64,000 nucleotides of DNA from NCBI GenBank assembly GCA_964016885.1, contig OZ024748.1, positions 1,302,001 to 1,366,000 on the forward strand, read 5' to 3'. How positions within the stretch are numbered: the first letter of the stretch is position 1; every line of letters starts with the position of its first letter. The DNA is from Eledone cirrhosa. Taxonomy: Eukaryota. The notes under the pieces were generated by a model that ran no database searches, was not told where the DNA came from, and saw only the letters and a list, made by a program, of their open reading frames with translations. Positions 12,471 through 27,596 of the stretch are shown here, one piece after another. A program made the position numbers and the translations under genes.

Positions 12471-15400
12471 GTCATTACTTTTTACCAGGGGGCGGACGAC
12501 CAAAGCAAAAGGGTGTCATTACTTTTTACCAGGGGGCGGACAACCAAAGCAAAAGGGTGTCATTACTTTTTACCAGGGGGCGGACAACCAAAGCAAAAGG
12601 GTGTCATTACTTTTTACCAGGGGGCGGACGACCAAAGCAAAAGGGTGTCATTACTTTTTACCAGGGGGCGGACAACCAAAGCAAAAGGGTGTCATTACTT
12701 TTTACCAGGGGGCGGACAACCAAAGCAAAAGGGTGTCATTACTTTTTACCAGGGGGCGGACAACCAAAGCAAAAGGGTGTCATTACTTTTTACCAGGGGG
12801 CGGACGACCAAAGCAAAAGGGTGTCATTACTTTTTACCAGGGGGCGGACAACCAAAGCAAAAGGGTGTCATTACTTTTTACCAGGGGGCGGACGACTAAA
12901 GCAAAAGGGTGTCATTACTTTTTACCAGGGGGCGGACAACCAAAGCAAAAGGGTGTCATTACTTTTTACCAGGGGGCGGACGACCAAAGCAAAAGGGTGT
13001 CATTACTTTTTACCAGGGGGCGGACAACCAAAGCAAAAGGCTGTCATTACTTTTTACCAGGGGGCGGACGACCAAAGCAAAAGGGTGTCATTACTTTTTA
13101 CCAGGGGGCGGACAACCAAAGCAAAAGGCTGTCATTACTTTTTACCAGGGGGCGGACGACTAAAGCAAAAGGCTGTCATTACTTTTTACCAGGGGGCGGA
13201 CAACCAAAGCAAAAGGGTGTCATTACTTTTTACCAGGGGGCGGACGACCAAAGCAAAAGGGTGTCATTACTTTTTACCAGGGGGCGGACAACCAAAGCAA
13301 AAGGCTGTCATTACTTTTTACCAGGGGGCGGACGACCAAAGCAAAAGGGTGTCATTACTTTTTACCAGGGGGCGGACAACCAAAGCAAAAGGGTGTCATT
13401 ACTTTTTACCAGGGGGCGGACGACTAAAGCAAAAGGCTGTCATTACTTTTTACCAGGGGGCGGACAACCAAAGCAAAAGGGTGTCATTACTTTTTACCAG
13501 GGGGCGGACGACCAAAGCAAAAGGGTGTCATTACTTTTTACCAGGGGGCGGACGACTAAAGCAAAAGGCTGTCATTACTTTTTACCAGGGGGCGGACGAC
13601 TAAAGCAAAAGGCTGTCATTACTTTTTACCAGGGGGCGGACAACCAAAGCAAAAGGGTGTCATTACTTTTTACCAGGGGGCGGACGACCAAAGCAAAAGG
13701 GTGTCATTACTTTTTACCAGGGGGCGGACAACCAAAGCAAAAGGCTGTCATTACTTTTTACCAGGGGGCGGACGACCAAAGCAAAAGGGTGTCATTACTT
13801 TTTACCAGGGGGCGGACAACCAAAGCAAAAGGGTGTCATTACTTTTTACCAGGGGGCGGACAACCAAAGCAAAAGGGTGTCATTACTTTTTACCAGGGGG
13901 CGGACGACTAAAGCAAAAGGCTGTCATTACTTTTTACCAGGGGGCGGACAACCAAAGCAAAAGGGTGTCATTACTTTTTACCAGGGGGCGGACGACCAAA
14001 GCAAAAGGGTGTCATTACTTTTTACCAGGGGGCGGACGACTAAAGCAAAAGGCTGTCATTACTTTTTACCAGGGGGCGGACAACCAAAGCAAAAGGGTGT
14101 CATTACTTTTTACCAGGGGGCGGACGACTAAAGCAAAAGGCTGTCATTACTTTTTACCAGGGGGCGGACAACCAAAGCAAAAGGGTGTCATTACTTTTTA
14201 CCAGGGGGCGGACGACCAAAGCAAAAGGGTGTCATTACTTTTTACCAGGGGGCGGACGACTAAAGCAAAAGGCTGTCATTACTTTTTACCAGGGGGCGGA
14301 CAACCAAAGCAAAAGGGTGTCATTACTTTTTACCAGGGGGCGGACAACCAAAGCAAAAGGGTGTCATTACTTTTTACCAGGGGGCGGACGACTAAAGCAA
14401 AAGGCTGTCATTACTTTTTACCAGGGGGCGGACAACCAAAGCAAAAGGGTGTCATTACTTTTTACCAGGGGGCGGACGACCAAAGCAAAAGGGTGTCATT
14501 ACTTTTTACCAGGGGGCGGACGACTAAAGCAAAAGGCTGTCATTACTTTTTACCAGGGGGCGGACGACTAAAGCAAAAGGCTGTCATTACTTTTTACCAG
14601 GGGGCGGACAACCAAAGCAAAAGGGTGTCATTACTTTTTACCAGGGGGCGGACGACCAAAGCAAAAGGGTGTCATTACTTTTTACCAGGGGGCGGACAAC
14701 CAAAGCAAAAGGCTGTCATTACTTTTTACCAGGGGGCGGACGACCAAAGCAAAAGGGTGTCATTACTTTTTACCAGGGGGCGGACAACCAAAGCAAAAGG
14801 GTGTCATTACTTTTTACCAGGGGGCGGACAACCAAAGCAAAAGGGTGTCATTACTTTTTACCAGGGGGCGGACGACTAAAGCAAAAGGCTGTCATTACTT
14901 TTTACCAGGGGGCGGACAACCAAAGCAAAAGGGTGTCATTACTTTTTACCAGGGGGCGGACGACCAAAGCAAAAGGGTGTCATTACTTTTTACCAGGGGG
15001 CGGACGACTAAAGCAAAAGGCTGTCATTACTTTTTACCAGGGGGCGGACAACCAAAGCAAAAGGGTGTCATTACTTTTTACCAGGGGGCGGACGACTAAA
15101 GCAAAAGGCTGTCATTACTTTTTACCAGGGGGCGGACAACCAAAGCAAAAGGGTGTCATTACTTTTTACCAGGGGGCGGACGACCAAAGCAAAAGGGTGT
15201 CATTACTTTTTACCAGGGGGCGGACGACTAAAGCAAAAGGCTGTCATTACTTTTTACCAGGGGGCGGACAACCAAAGCAAAAGGGTGTCATTACTTTTTA
15301 CCAGGGGGCGGACGACTAAAGCAAAAGGCTGTCATTACTTTTTACCAGGGGGCGGACGACTAAAGCAAAAGGCTGTCATTACTTTTTACCAGGGGGCGGA

Positions 15401-16076
15401 CAACCAAAGCAAAAGGGTGTCATTACTTTTTACCAGGGGGCGGACGACTAAAGCAAAAGGCTGTCATTACTTTTTACCAGGGGGCGGACAACCAAAGCAA
15501 AAGGGTGTCATTACTTTTTACCAGGGGGCGGACGACCAAAGCAAAAGGGTGTCATTACTTTTTACCAGGGGGCGGACGACTAAAGCAAAAGGCTGTCATT
15601 ACTTTTTACCAGGGGGCGGACAACCAAAGCAAAAGGGTGTCATTACTTTTTACCAGGGGGCGGACGACCAAAGCAAAAGGGTGTCATTACTTTTTACCAG
15701 GGGGCGGACGACTAAAGCAAAAGGCTGTCATTACTTTTTACCAGGGGGCGGACAACCAAAGCAAAAGGGTGTCATTACTTTTTACCAGGGGGCGGACGAC
15801 CAAAGCAAAAGGGTGTCATTACTTTTTACCAGGGGGCGGACGACTAAAGCAAAAGGGTGTCATTACTTTTTACCAGGGGGCGGACGACCAAAGCAAAAGG
15901 GTGTCATTACTTTTTACCAGGGGGCGGACGACCAAAGCAAAAGGGTGTCATTACTTTTTACTAGGGGGCGGACGACCAAAGCAAAAGGGTGTCATTACTT
16001 TTTACCAGGGGGCGGACGACCAAAGCAAAAGGGTGTCATTACTTTTTACCAGGGGGCAGACGACTAAAGCAAAAGC
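12461..16076. repeat. 44-bp minisatellite (~82 units) with three dimorphic positions
   Basis: unit GCAAAAGG(G/C)TGTCATTACTTTTTACCAGGGGGCGGAC(A/G)AC(C/T)AAA; contiguous units, no spacers. Confidence 0.98.
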
Positions 16077-16261
16077 ACATTTTTTTTTGTCCGCTCCCTT
16101 CCAAATAAAATTGCCTCAGAAATGTTACCTTAATCAATTTTTGCTGTCTGAAGAAATCACGATGTTTATCGTCATTGAAATAAAGTAAGGAGTGCAGGAC
16201 TGCGTCCAGAATATATTTTTTTACCCCGTTTGTAAAATAAGTTGGATTACTTTGAATAAAT

Positions 16262-16447
16262 AATTGTTTCTACTTTTGGCACAAGGCCAGCAATTACCCA
16301 GTGCATTACTGGTACTTTATTTTATCGACCCCGTAAGGATGAAAGGCAAAGTTAATCTCGGTGGGATTTGAACTCAGATCATACAGGGAGGTAACTCTAT
16401 GCGTCAAAGCATGGCGTCCGACCCTCTACCGATACTGCCAATCCACT
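16262..16447 (-). mobile_element. SINE family 1
   Basis: same A/B boxes and core as the other copies. Confidence 0.85.
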
Positions 16448-17136
16448 TGAATAAATAATGTATCTACTAAATTTCGTGGCTATTGATTAAATATATTTTA
16501 TAGCTTATTTAAAGATTCACTTCTTTAACATTTTAAATGGCAACACTTCCGGTTAGCGGCCGTTACATTATAACACTTATAAAAAAAACCGCATATATTT
16601 CCGTCGCTAATTTTCTCCTAATGCAGTTTATATATAATATCGACTTTTTTTTAAATGTATCATGGATTACTTTACTGATTACAGAAGACGGTGTAACATA
16701 GACTTCGTTCAATTTCTGTGTATATTGTCAATTACGATTTTATTTGATGTATCATATCTACATGTATATATATTTGTGTATAATGTCAATATACACACTA
16801 CACATGCTAGCAGAAAACCACCCAAAGGGTGGTTTTCTGCTAGTATAGATAACGGCTCAAATATTTTCATCTTTATTAATATACTCCGTCACCCCTGTCA
16901 TTGGGAATATGGCGTTGAGTGCTAGAAGTGAATTGCATCCTTGTACATCCTTGTATATAGTGAAAGAATGAAGAGTAACATGGTTGGCTGTACAACAAGG
17001 GGCTTTATTTCAGGTATATTAACAATTTTTTCATTGATCAGGTGAGTCTAGAGGCCGCTAATCGCTCGAAGTTGCGTCACTCGATCTCCATTACATTATA
17101 CCTATAACATATTACCTATAACGATAACTTGTTATC

Positions 17137-17233
<97 letters not shown>

Positions 17234-17239
17234 TCTAAA

Positions 17240-17485
17240 GTCTGTCTTAAGCCAGAAGGCTCATTTGGCCGGGGCTTATCTCGGCTTCATGGCGTGAAGC
17301 GACTGAGAGCACAAGACTTCCCCCTGGACAGGACACCAGTCCATCGCAGGGTTAAACCCCCAGCTATTGCTGGTACTCATTTTCAGCTGAGTAAACTGGA
17401 GCAACGTGAAATAAAGTGTCTTGCTCAAGGAAACAACACATCACCCGGTCCGAGAATTAAACTCACAACCTTTCGATTGCAAGCC
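17240..17485 (-). mobile_element. SINE family 2
   Basis: near-identical to 47145-47390; AAGTGTCTTGCTCAAGG core. Confidence 0.8.
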
Positions 17486-17592
17486 TAATATATATATATA
17501 TATATTGTTTTTGTGTGTGTTGAACACACACAAAAACAAGATGGCGTAGGTCAGAACAAAGGAGAGGCACAAAACAAAGAAAAGAATCCCCA

Positions 17593-17635
17593 GTCACTGA
17601 AGAGGTCACAGAATGTGTGACGAAAGAACTTTGAC
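17593..17635 (+). ncRNA. minimal hammerhead-like motif in an interspersed repeat (inverted copy at 47100-47142)
   Basis: GTCA-CTGAAGA-G-GTCAC..GTGAC-GAAA-GAAC-TT-TGAC; stem I only 4 bp, one extra G at the base of stem II. Confidence 0.5.
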
Positions 17636-17879
17636 AATATATGAACAACCGTCCGGTTGTGGAACCAACCAGCCAACCGGAAATTTATAAATTTCTTCAA
17701 TTTATAAATTTCTTAAATTTCTTAAATTTATAAATTTAATTTCTAATAAATTGGTGTAAAAGCACTGGTGCGTGTGTTTCTTATTGGCAACATGACCCTC
17801 CCAAAGTATAACAATATATATATATATATATAAATATATATTATATATAACGGCGATGAATTAGTTTTGCGAGGTTTTT

Positions 17880-17925
17880 GATACTACTACTACTACTACT
17901 ACTGCTGCTGCTGCTACTACTACCA

Positions 17926-17957
<32 letters not shown>

Positions 17958-18221
17958 TTACTACTACTACTACCACCACACCACTACTACTACTATTACT
18001 ACTACTACTACTAGTACTACTACTACCACTACCACCACCACACCACCACAGTGAGTGTGTTCTGTTATTGATTCTGGCAATAGTATTACACAAATATGAC
18101 CCTCGCCAAGTATAATATATACTGGCAATAGTATTAACAAGTGGATATCTCATCAGGATTGAAGTCTCAAGTCTCAAGGCTGTTCTCAAGAGCAACAAAC
18201 AGCTACTTGCTACTATTACTA

Positions 18222-18265
<44 letters not shown>

Positions 18266-18393
18266 ACTACTACTACTACCACACCACTACTACTACTACT
18301 GCTGCTGCTGCTACTACTATCACACCACTACTACTACTAATACTACTACTATTACTACTACTACTACTACTGCTGCTACTACTACTACTATCA

Positions 18394-18435
<42 letters not shown>

Positions 18436-18486
18436 AACACCACTACTACTACTACTACTACTACTACAACACCACTACTACTACAA

Positions 18487-18530
<44 letters not shown>

Positions 18531-18584
18531 ATACTGCTGCTACTACTAATACTACTACTACTGCTGCTACTACTACTACTACCA

Positions 18585-18654
<70 letters not shown>

Positions 18655-18673
18655 ACTACTACTACTACTACCA

Positions 18674-18704
<31 letters not shown>

Positions 18705-19275
18705 GCTGCTGCTGCTACTACTATCACACCACTACTACTACTAATACTACTACTATTACTACTACTACTACTACTACTACAACACCACTACTACTACAAC
18801 ACCACTACTACTACTACTACTACTACTAATACTACTGCTGCTACTACTACTACTACCACACCACTACTACTACTACTACTACTGCTGCTGCTACTACTAC
18901 TACTACCACACCACTACTACTACTGCTACTACTACTACTAATACTACTGCTACTACTACTACTACTAATACTACTGCTACTACTACTACTACTACTAGTA
19001 CTGCTACCACACCACTACTACTACTACTACCACACCACTACTACTACTACTACTGCTACTACTACTACCACACCACTACTACTACTACTACTATGGCTAC
19101 TACTACTACAACTACTACTACTACCACACCACTACTACTACTACTACCACACTACTACTACCACTACCACCACACCACTACTACTACTAGTACTACTACC
19201 ACTACCACTACCACCACCACCACACCACCACTGCTACTACCACCACCACCACTACTACTGTTACTACTACTACTA
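17880..19275. repeat. (CTA)n/(CTG)n/(CCA)n compound trinucleotide repeat
   Basis: direct reading; short interspersed fragment at ~18050-18205. Confidence 0.96.
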
Positions 19276-19326
19276 GACGCTAACACAATTCCTGACATCT
19301 TATCCTGTGAGGAATTTAATTAAAAT

Positions 19327-19515
19327 AATTGTTTCTACTTTTGGCACAAGGCCAGCAATTATTCCAGTGTATTACTGGTACTTTATTTTATCGACCCCGT
19401 AAGGATGAAAGGCAAAGTTAACCTCGGCGGGATTTGAACTCAGATCATAAAGGGAGGTAACTCTATGCTTCAAAGCATGGCGTCCGACCCTTACCGATAC
19501 TGCCAATCCACCGCC
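19327..19515 (-). mobile_element. SINE family 1
   Basis: full head and core on the reverse strand. Confidence 0.87.
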
Positions 19516-19617
19516 CGGAATTTAATTAAAATAATCCCAATTTAACAGTCAGCGATAAGAGAGAAAATATGTTAGCAGACTATAACTGATTGGAACACTA
19601 CAAAACATATATATCCC

Positions 19618-19686
<69 letters not shown>

Positions 19687-19746
19687 TGTATATGTATGTG
19701 TGTGTGCGTGTGTGTATATAGGCAAATAAATACATATATATTTATT

Positions 19747-19787
<41 letters not shown>

Positions 19788-19858
19788 AGCTTCCAACCGT
19801 TAAGGTTGTCTTTTTTCAGGGTATGTCAATATTTATTTATAAAACTAATCTGCATTGT

Positions 19859-19922
19859 ATTTTATCTGATGAAAGCGCACCATAATTTGCCTTGGTGGCC
19901 CGTGAAATATGTATAATAAAAT
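19859..19922 (+). ncRNA. minimal hammerhead-like motif (better-paired inverted copy at 54404-54466)
   Basis: ATTTTAT-CTGATGA-AAGCGCACCA..TGGTG..-GAAA-TATGTA-TA-ATAAAAT. Confidence 0.55.
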
Positions 19923-20054
19923 AAATATGGTTTTATAAATATAGTTTCCATTTATTAATATATTGTGTATTTACTCCACTATATTGTTGAGTGCTTTATA
20001 TCAGTTATAAAAATGTTTAAGCTTGTTGAATCCCAACAAATTAAATATAACCTC

Positions 20055-20098
<44 letters not shown>

Positions 20099-20146
20099 AA
20101 TATTTATGTATATACTTGCCTACATTCACACACACACACACACACA

Positions 20147-20248
<102 letters not shown>

Positions 20249-20280
20249 TGTGAGTGTAGGCAAGTATATACATAAATATT

Positions 20281-20313
<33 letters not shown>

Positions 20314-20388
20314 ATATATATATATATATTTGCCTTTATATTTATATATATATGCATATATATGTATATATTTGCCTATATATTATAA

Positions 20389-20440
<52 letters not shown>

Positions 20441-21260
20441 TGGGTCCTATATTTATCATTATTTTGCTTTCCATGCCCTTGAAAAATCCCATTCAGGGGG
20501 AAATGTACGTAGGCGCACTATTATATAAACATGTTTTAACGGTTTTAAACTCTTTGTATTCATTTCCTTTATATATATATATAATGAAAATCGGTCGTAA
20601 GGTGTAGCAAATGGCGAAATGTTGAGTGAAATCGTATGGAATATGTGAGAGGTGGAAAAAATCGTATTTTGAAGAGTTAAACGGCTGCCACGCCGTCCCT
20701 GAACAAAAAATGCAAAGTGTATATTTATAAGTTGTGCAATGATAGCTTCTAGTATAAAAGTTGAACCAAATAAATTGATTTATGGGGGAGGTGGAGCCGA
20801 AGTTTCGAATTTGAACGAAATCGGTTGAAAAATGTGGGAGCTAAAGCAGAAAAGGCGGAAATTTGAGCGAAAAGGTGGTATTTTCGAATATTTAAGCGGC
20901 TTCCACGCCGTTTCTGAACAAAAAGTCCAAAATGTAAAGCCACTTTAAGACGTGAAATAATCAGATCTAGCGTAGTGTAAAATTTGAACAAAGTAGGTTG
21001 ATTAATGTGGGAGCTAGAGCCGAAAAAGTGGAAATTTGAGTCTAAAAGTGGTATTTTTGAATATTTAAGCGGCTGCCACACCGTCCCTGAACAACAAATG
21101 CAAAATATAAAGCCATTACAGGATGTGCAATGATAAATTCTATTTTGCTTTAAAATTTGAACGAAATCGGTGGCAAAATGAGGGAGCTAGAGCCAAAAAT
21201 CCAGTTACTAAGATCAACACCTTTTCATCAAATCACATTATTTTACCTACCCAAGCAACG

Positions 21261-21345
<85 letters not shown>

Positions 21346-21387
21346 CGTAGGCAAATATATACATAAATATTTGTGTGTGTATATATA

Positions 21388-21884
21388 TGTACAGCCACCG
21401 GAAATAACATCTGTCAAATATACAGCGCCATCTACCTGTTAGCTAGCTACCTCAACGGAAAACAAAAGAACCCTTAAAAGCTACCAGAATAAAAGCCTAC
21501 ACAGCGGCTAAACATCAAACGATTATTTCTGTATAAATAGAGTGGTTCCAAACACTTCATCAGTCGACATTTGGCAGAGTCAGCCCGCGTATCATTGTTC
21601 CTCGCCTCTGCCACGCTTTGTCACTCACACGCCTTGTACCTCGTATCGTCGCTTCATGTGAAAATAAATAGCTGATCGAATTTACATCTCGCCTTGCTTC
21701 GTCCTTTCAACTTGTGCTTTCGTCTGTCCATCCTCAACAGTTCTTTTAAGGGCTATATGCGACAACAGTCCTTTTAAGGGCTATCTTCAGATCTGATCAG
21801 ACCGCATGCGATAACAGTCCTTCTAAGGGCTATTCTCGGATATGATCAGAAGTAGTGACCAGACTGACTAACCACGTCGCTACA
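21388..21884 (+). mobile_element. probable solo LTR inserted in (AT)n
   Basis: TGTA...TACA termini, ~497 bp, TATAAATA at ~21532, AATAAA at ~21663; TSD not resolvable within (AT)n. Confidence 0.65.
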
Positions 21885-22130
21885 TATATATATATAATTA
21901 TGTGTATATATTTATAGGCATATATATATGCATATATATATATTTGCCTTTATATTTATATATATATATGCATATATATGTATATATTTGCCTATATATT
22001 ATAATATATATACAAACAAATATATATACAAATAAATATATATGTATTTATTTGCCTATATACACACACGCGCGCACACATGCACACGCACACACACACA
22101 CATACATATATATATATCGCGCACACACAC

Positions 22131-22174
<44 letters not shown>

Positions 22175-22211
22175 GTAAATATATACATAAATATTTATGT
22201 GTATGTATATA

Positions 22212-22767
22212 TCTTTATATATATAAAAGCGAGGATATGTGTGTGTCTGTGTACAACTTGGCATGTATAAGGCTTTCACAATTACCAACTGTATTTGACC
22301 AAATGTTCTGTACATGTTGCACAGGTCGCTAAGATTGTTACATCACAAACATTTTTCAAATCGACCCACGTTGAGCAATAAAAAATCGATAGCAAAATTA
22401 TCGGTAGAAAAATTGATGTAAGGGAGATAACAAACTTTATTGACAATCCTTATAAAAAAAGGGAGATAACCTTTTCACCAAATATGCCCCGTTTTTGTAC
22501 TTTAGCAAAACTGCCTGTTTTTTTTACAGATTTGCAACGTGTATTGTCTTTAAAAATTTGTATAACTACATCCTGTTCAGTGTTTTCCTTCATTATCAGC
22601 ATATTTTTATGTGTACAAAGATTGCACTAAATATTCGTTTGCATTAATTATTGAAGACATCTGCTTATTTTGACAGGTTGTGGTCAAATAATGTTCTTCT
22701 TTTACTTCCTAGCTGAATATTCTTAGCATAATTTCAAACCCCGAGCAACGCCGGGTAAATCTGCTAG
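22212..22767 (+). mobile_element. non-autonomous Helitron-like element
   Basis: A|TCTTTATATATATAAAA...CCCGAGCAACGCCGGG...CTAG|T; a second 5' end follows at 22780-~23090 and shares inverted sequence with ~21090-21200. Confidence 0.8.
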
Positions 22768-23368
22768 TATATATATATATCTGTATATATATAAAATTAA
22801 GTGTGTGTGTGTCTGTGTATTACCTATAGGGGCCTACATCTTACGACCGATTTTCATGAATCTTTAGGCTCATAGATTAATCATCGGGGAGTGTTTTCTA
22901 TATATCAGCGTATCGTTATTTTTTTCATTCCGGGCTCATTCAGCAGATAAAAATCGTTCACCTTTTTTTAGGTATCGAAAATAAGATTTTTGGCTCTAGC
23001 TCCCTGATTTTGCCACCGATTTCGTTCAAATTTTAAAGCAAAATAGTATTTATCATTGCACATCCTGTAATGGGTTTATATTTTGCATATATATATTCCC
23101 ACACACGATGTTAAATATGCAACACAAGTATATATTATATGTAGCTCCCTCTCTCCCACTATCTCTCCTTTCTTTCTCTCCCTCTCTTTAACGGATGCAA
23201 TCGGAATGTGCAGCTAAGCACTCAATAAAGTGTTTTCCGTTAGAGTAATAACATTACGTTTAGACAGCTTTGCAAATTGAAGATTGCGACCGGTAAGCCA
23301 ACCGCAGGGACCACAGCAACGAGAAAACTGACTCAGGATAATTTGACAAATATATAATAATAATACTG

Positions 23369-23550
23369 GGATTGGCAGTATCGGTAGAGGGTCGGACACC
23401 ATGCTTACCAGCATAGTTATGTCCTTTTATGGTCTGAGTTCAAATCCTGCCGAGGTTAACTTTGCCTTTCATCCTTACGGGATCGATAAAATAAAGTACC
23501 AGTAATGTACTGGGTAATTGCTGGCCTTGTGCCAAAAGTAGAAACAATTA
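23369..23550 (+). mobile_element. SINE family 1
   Basis: TGGCAGTATCGG A-box, GAGTTCAAATC B-box, core. Confidence 0.87.
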
Positions 23551-24067
23551 TTTATACTTATATATACACTATATATAATTATAAACAAGAAATGTCAGTA
23601 ATTCATTACCACCTTATTACCTGTAAGAAAAATAGCTCAATGTAAATACATCAGATGTTTTACAGAGCCCGAATATAAGTTACAGAATAATCAAAACTAT
23701 GTTCAAAACATTTTATTGCTGACAATCGTTTCTTCCAAACTTTCGTTTGGAGTCATCGGAGCACTAGCAAAGTTTAGACATATAATTAACCTCCTATTCC
23801 ACAGAACAATTGTAAAGGTACGTAGATATTAGTGTTGTATATATATATATGTGTGTGTAAATATATATGTACATATATATGTATATATATATGTACATCT
23901 ATATACGTGTGTGTGTGTATATATCTATATATATAGATATATTTTTTAAAACATAAACATATATATATGCATATATACAAGCACACAAGTATGTCAATTG
24001 ATAGAGTATTTAGCCTTAAAAGCAAACAGTTTTATATTAACAACCCAACATTATATTTTTTTATATT

Positions 24068-24252
24068 GGTGGATTGGCAGTATCGGTAGAGGGTCAGACG
24101 CCATGCTTTCCAGCATAGTTACGTCCCTTTACGATCTGAGTTCAAATCCCTCCGAGGTTGACTTTGCCTTTCATCCTTGCGGGGTCGATAAAATAAAGTA
24201 CCAGTAATGCACTGGGTAATTGCTGGCCTTGTGCCTAAAGTAGAAACAATTA
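24068..24252 (+). mobile_element. SINE family 1
   Basis: same A/B boxes and core. Confidence 0.87.
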
Positions 24253-24542
24253 TATTTTTTTATATTTCAATAAAATATTAACTCACATAAACAAGATTTA
24301 ATAATCTCTTCTTTATTTGTTGTTCTTCTTGTTTTTACTAGTCGCAATATCTCGTTTCTTGATTTTTTTTTTTTTTTGCGGGGGGTTGTATTTTCTTCAT
24401 CTTGTTGTTGTACGAAGATCGTTTTCAACGAAAACAAGTTTTGTTTGTAATGTGAATAGCGAGTTGCTGCGTATTTCGAGATTATTTACACATCTGAAGA
24501 ATGTCCGCCCATGGATTATATGACCATATCTGTGAACACACT

Positions 24543-24620
<78 letters not shown>

Positions 24621-24641
24621 TATATACATATATATATATAC

Positions 24642-24675
<34 letters not shown>

Positions 24676-24870
24676 TGTTATACTTGGGGAGGGTCATATT
24701 TGTGTAATATTGCCAGAATTAATAACAGAACACACTCACTATATATATGTATGTAAAAGGTAAACAGGAATAACAACACAATCGGTACAGTATATGGAAG
24801 GAATATATTAGGGTAACGCTTAATATAGCAGGAAGATGGTCTTATCGTTTCGGACGCTAGTCCTTCAAAC

Positions 24871-24971
<101 letters not shown>

Positions 24972-25125
24972 GTTCAAGAGTAACTTAAAGAGTAACTTAA
25001 AGAGTAACTTAAAGAGTAACTTAAAGAGTAACTTAAAGAGTAACTTAAAGAGAGAGATGGAGATAGGAGAGGAGAGATTGGTGAATTAGTTAGAAGCCAA
25101 AGCGTAAAGGCATGTGCTCAATGTG

Positions 25126-25172
<47 letters not shown>

Positions 25173-25633
25173 CACACACAGTTCAAGAGTAACTTAAAGA
25201 GTAACTTAAAGAGTAACTTAAAGAGAGAGATGGAGATAGGAGAGGAGAGATTGGTGAATTAGTTAGAAGCCAAAGCGTAAAGGCATGTGCTCAATGTGCA
25301 ATATGCAGTAGAAAGCAGCTAGGTGGGTGGGTGGGTTCATGCAGAAGTTAGGTGCGCAGAGCTGGAAATATTCATTAGTTAAGCAAAACAAGACCACAAA
25401 TTTCACAAGGAAGACATTATTAAAAGATTGTCAACATATTTTAGTTTGATCTAAGGAATGTAGAGAATAATAATAATATTAATAATAATAATGTCTGTTT
25501 ACAATTGTTTCGCTACTCCATATAATATTTCTGGATCAGATGACTATATATCATTATTGATCTGGTTCAGTTGAAAATAATTAACATATTTAAAAACAGA
25601 GCGGCTCATCGGAACTTCAAAGGGATATAAACT

Positions 25634-25687
<54 letters not shown>

Positions 25688-25689
<2 letters not shown>

Positions 25690-26554
25690 TATGTATACGT
25701 ACATACATATATGAATACAGACGTACAGTAGTATGTATATATATATATACATGCACACATATATATATATGTGCGTATGAATTCACCGAACATTTATTAT
25801 AATGCTCGGTGTGTTTGTAAACAAACATACCGAATTAGGCCGTACAGTGTCTAGCAACCAGCGTTGCTCATTTGTTCAACACTGACAAAGGAACACTGTA
25901 CTAGTTTCAAGCTTATTAGCTATCGTCAGCAACGTATACCTTCCTGCCAGATGATTGAACGTCTGAAAGTATATACTTTCCTTATGCATATTAACGGCTG
26001 AGCAGCCTAATTTGCATATCGAGTGAGTTAATCGGCCGGGGTACCGAAAAGGATAAACGGAAAAAATGAAACGAAATTTCATTTCTCACTCTTAGTACGG
26101 CTGTTACTTAAATATAAGTATGTATACTTACATACATATATGTATACAGGCGTACAGTCACTCGATATGCAAATTAGGTTGCTCAGCCGTTAATATGCAT
26201 AAGGAAAGTATATACTTTCAGACGTTCAATCATCTGGCAGGAAGGTATACGTTGCTGACGATAGCTAATAAGCTTGAAACTAGTACAGTGTTCCTTTGTC
26301 AGTGTTGAACAAATGAGCAACGCTGGTTGCTAGACACTGTACGGCTTAATTCGGGATGTTTGTTTACAAACACACCGAGCATTATAATAAATGTTCGGTG
26401 AATCCATACGTACATATATATATGTGTGCATGTATGTATATATATATATATACATACTACTGTACGTCTGTATACATATATGTATGTACGTATACATACT
26501 TATATTTAAGTAACAGCCGTACTAAGAGTGAGAAATGAAATTTCGTTTCATTTT

Positions 26555-26560
<6 letters not shown>
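25688..26560. mobile_element. rearranged/inverted copies of unclassified interspersed repeat family Y in (AT)n
   Basis: ~25690-26025 is the reverse complement of ~26160-26500; same family at 36830-37300 and 55110-55815. Confidence 0.75.
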
Positions 26561-26621
<61 letters not shown>

Positions 26622-27596
26622 CAGAATACAGTGCAGAAACCCCATTAAAAGCAGGAGATGGCCGCCTTGAAAAAACATTGACCTGAGACAACAACAACAA
26701 CAACATTTCTATAAACAGCATAAAAGAAACATTTTTTTTAGAATACACAAAAAAAACAAGATTTTTTAAAAATTACATAATAATAAAATAAGTGGGAGTA
26801 TGGGGTGGGGTAAGGACTAAAGCACTCCACCTCGCCTCATTCGGTAGTTTTCCTTTTAACCTAGATTGTTGAAGAAACCCGTTGTTGTTTTCTATGAACT
26901 AATTGAAACGCTGAAGACAAAATGATCCATTATTTAAACATGTGTATATGTATATGTGTATATCTGTGTATGTGTGTATCTATATGTGTATATGTATATG
27001 TGTATGTATGTATATGTGTATATGTGTATATGTGTATATGTGTGTATCTATATGTGTATGTGTGTATGTATATGTGTATATGTGTGTATCTATATGTACA
27101 TTTGTGTATGTTTATGTGTATGTGTCTATCTATATATGTGTATGTATGTATGCACGTATGTAGGTATGTGTATATATATGTGTGTGTGTGTGTTTGTGGA
27201 AGTATGCATGTATGTAGAAATATATGTATGCATGTATGTAGGGATGTGTGTGTATGTATGTATATATATATATGTGTGTGTGTGTGCGTATGTGTGTAGG
27301 TATGTCTGTATTTGAACCTCCGTCAATTTCGACGATGAATGTTATACATTCTTCCTTCTTCCATATTTATTCTTGTCCTTTATCCCAATTAGAGTTTAAC
27401 TATTACATAAAGTTGATCTACTTGTATCTCTGAGAATGGGAGTTCATATCCTAAGAGCAACTTATGGGACTAAATACCAAAGTGGCGGTTCTGTATGCAG
27501 GAAGTCTGTAAAATATCGACAACTTAATACTGTGCACATGATCAGGCTGTGCTTCTGAAATTGAGATCTTTTTATTATTTTGTGAGATTCAAGAGC

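Noticed and set aside
12437-16188. Long ORFs (up to 487 aa) or a CRISPR-like array
   Set aside because: Contiguous 44-bp units with no unique spacers and no cas genes; ORFs in all three frames are translations of the repeat.
23666-23817. Possible ACE exon 2 bounded by TTACAG and AAG|GTACGT
   Set aside because: The only open frame shows no resemblance to ACE helices 2-3 or to the first-exon motif.
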